64,000 nucleotides of DNA, taken from sequence record MW825358.1. One strand, 5' to 3'. The notes beneath the pieces were generated by a model. It saw only the letters and a program-made list of their open reading frames with translations. It was not told the DNA's origin and did no database searches. The position numbers were made by a program, and so were the translations under genes. Position 1 is the first letter of the stretch. The number at the start of each line of letters is the position of its first letter. Of this stretch, positions 63,391-64,000 are shown piece after piece.

Positions 63391-64000
63391 ATGAGCAGTA
63401 ATGTTGTCTGTCTCTACCACGATGATTGCTACGATGGACTCGGTGCGGCCTGGGCCTTGTTCAAACGCTTCCCAGACGCTGAGTTCATCAGTGTCCGCTA
63501 TAAGGAAGCCCCGCCTTCGTCTTTGAAAGGCAAGGTGGTGTATATCGTGGACTTTTGCTACCCCTTTGATGACTTGATGTCTATTCTGTTCCAAGAGCCA
63601 GAAGAGCTGTTCATCTTGGATCATCACAAGGGCATGGACACCACGATCCACCGCTTTAACTTGGCAGTGTGGTTGTTTGGACTGGACCCCACGCGCTTTC
63701 GCGGTCTGTTCGATGCCACCCGTTCAGGTGCGCTGATCACATGGGAGACCTTGCATCCTGACTTGCCGGTTCCGCAGATCATTCGCCATATCAGCGATCG
63801 CGACCTGTGGCGCTTTGAGCTGGACGGGACCAAGGAAGTGATGGCCGGACTGGGAAGCTACCAGATGGACCTTCAGACCTGGGACCGGCTGTTTCGCTGG
63901 ACGCCTGACTATGATCCAGAAGATTCAGGTGACCCGCATTTTGCCGCCATTGACTCGTTTGAGTCAGACGGCTATCCGATCTTGCGTAAGTTGCAGATTG
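63391..64000 (+). CDS. DHH-family phosphoesterase (NrnB-like), truncated by the window edge
   Basis: YHDDCYDG, IVDF, ILDHHK, SGA and ISDRDLW motifs. Confidence 0.88.
   Translation, partial: MSSNVVCLYHDDCYDGLGAAWALFKRFPDAEFISVRYKEAPPSSLKGKVVYIVDFCYPFDDLMSILFQEPEELFILDHHKGMDTTIHRFNLAVWLFGLDPTRFRGLFDATRSGALITWETLHPDLPVPQIIRHISDRDLWRFELDGTKEVMAGLGSYQMDLQTWDRLFRWTPDYDPEDSGDPHFAAIDSFESDGYPILRKLQI

Noticed and set aside
1-64000. CRISPR arrays, tRNA and rRNA genes
   Set aside because: No regularly spaced repeats or cloverleaf signatures were found by eye; tRNAscan-SE and a CRISPR finder would confirm.

Overview
This 64-kb window comes from a phiKZ-like, nucleus-forming jumbo phage (Chimalliviridae-type) with GC-rich codon usage; the host cannot be determined from the sequence. 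Assignments rest on motifs visible in the translations, recalled family knowledge and synteny with phiKZ gp55-gp101. No database search was run. Left third: the non-virion RNA polymerase and nuclear-import locus (beta'N split by an ORF-less group I intron two codons before DFDGD, SbcD-like nuclease, ChmC, sigma-like subunit, PicA, betaC, beta'C), a free-standing HNH nuclease and an SF2 helicase carrying a class 3 LAGLIDADG intein. Middle: family B DNA polymerase subunit, virion RNAP beta' subunit, a probable G/GT-type -1 frameshift gene pair, a second HNH inserted at a macrodomain gene, and early accessory genes. Right: baseplate genes, an array of SxE-processed internal head proteins, tandem Tad1-like genes, early small membrane proteins, tail genes, a split LapG/BTLCP-like protease, tmk and a DHH phosphoesterase. 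Best leads: two near-fully synonymously recoded duplicated gene ends (a cleave-and-rescue-like homing footprint), the tandem divergent Tad1-like sponges, the T8 frameshift, a three-member paralog family sharing a 39-aa acidic C-terminal motif, a protease-bounded glycine-zipper peptide nested in a head protein, and an FG-rich tail on the gene after picA. No tRNA, rRNA or CRISPR array was seen.
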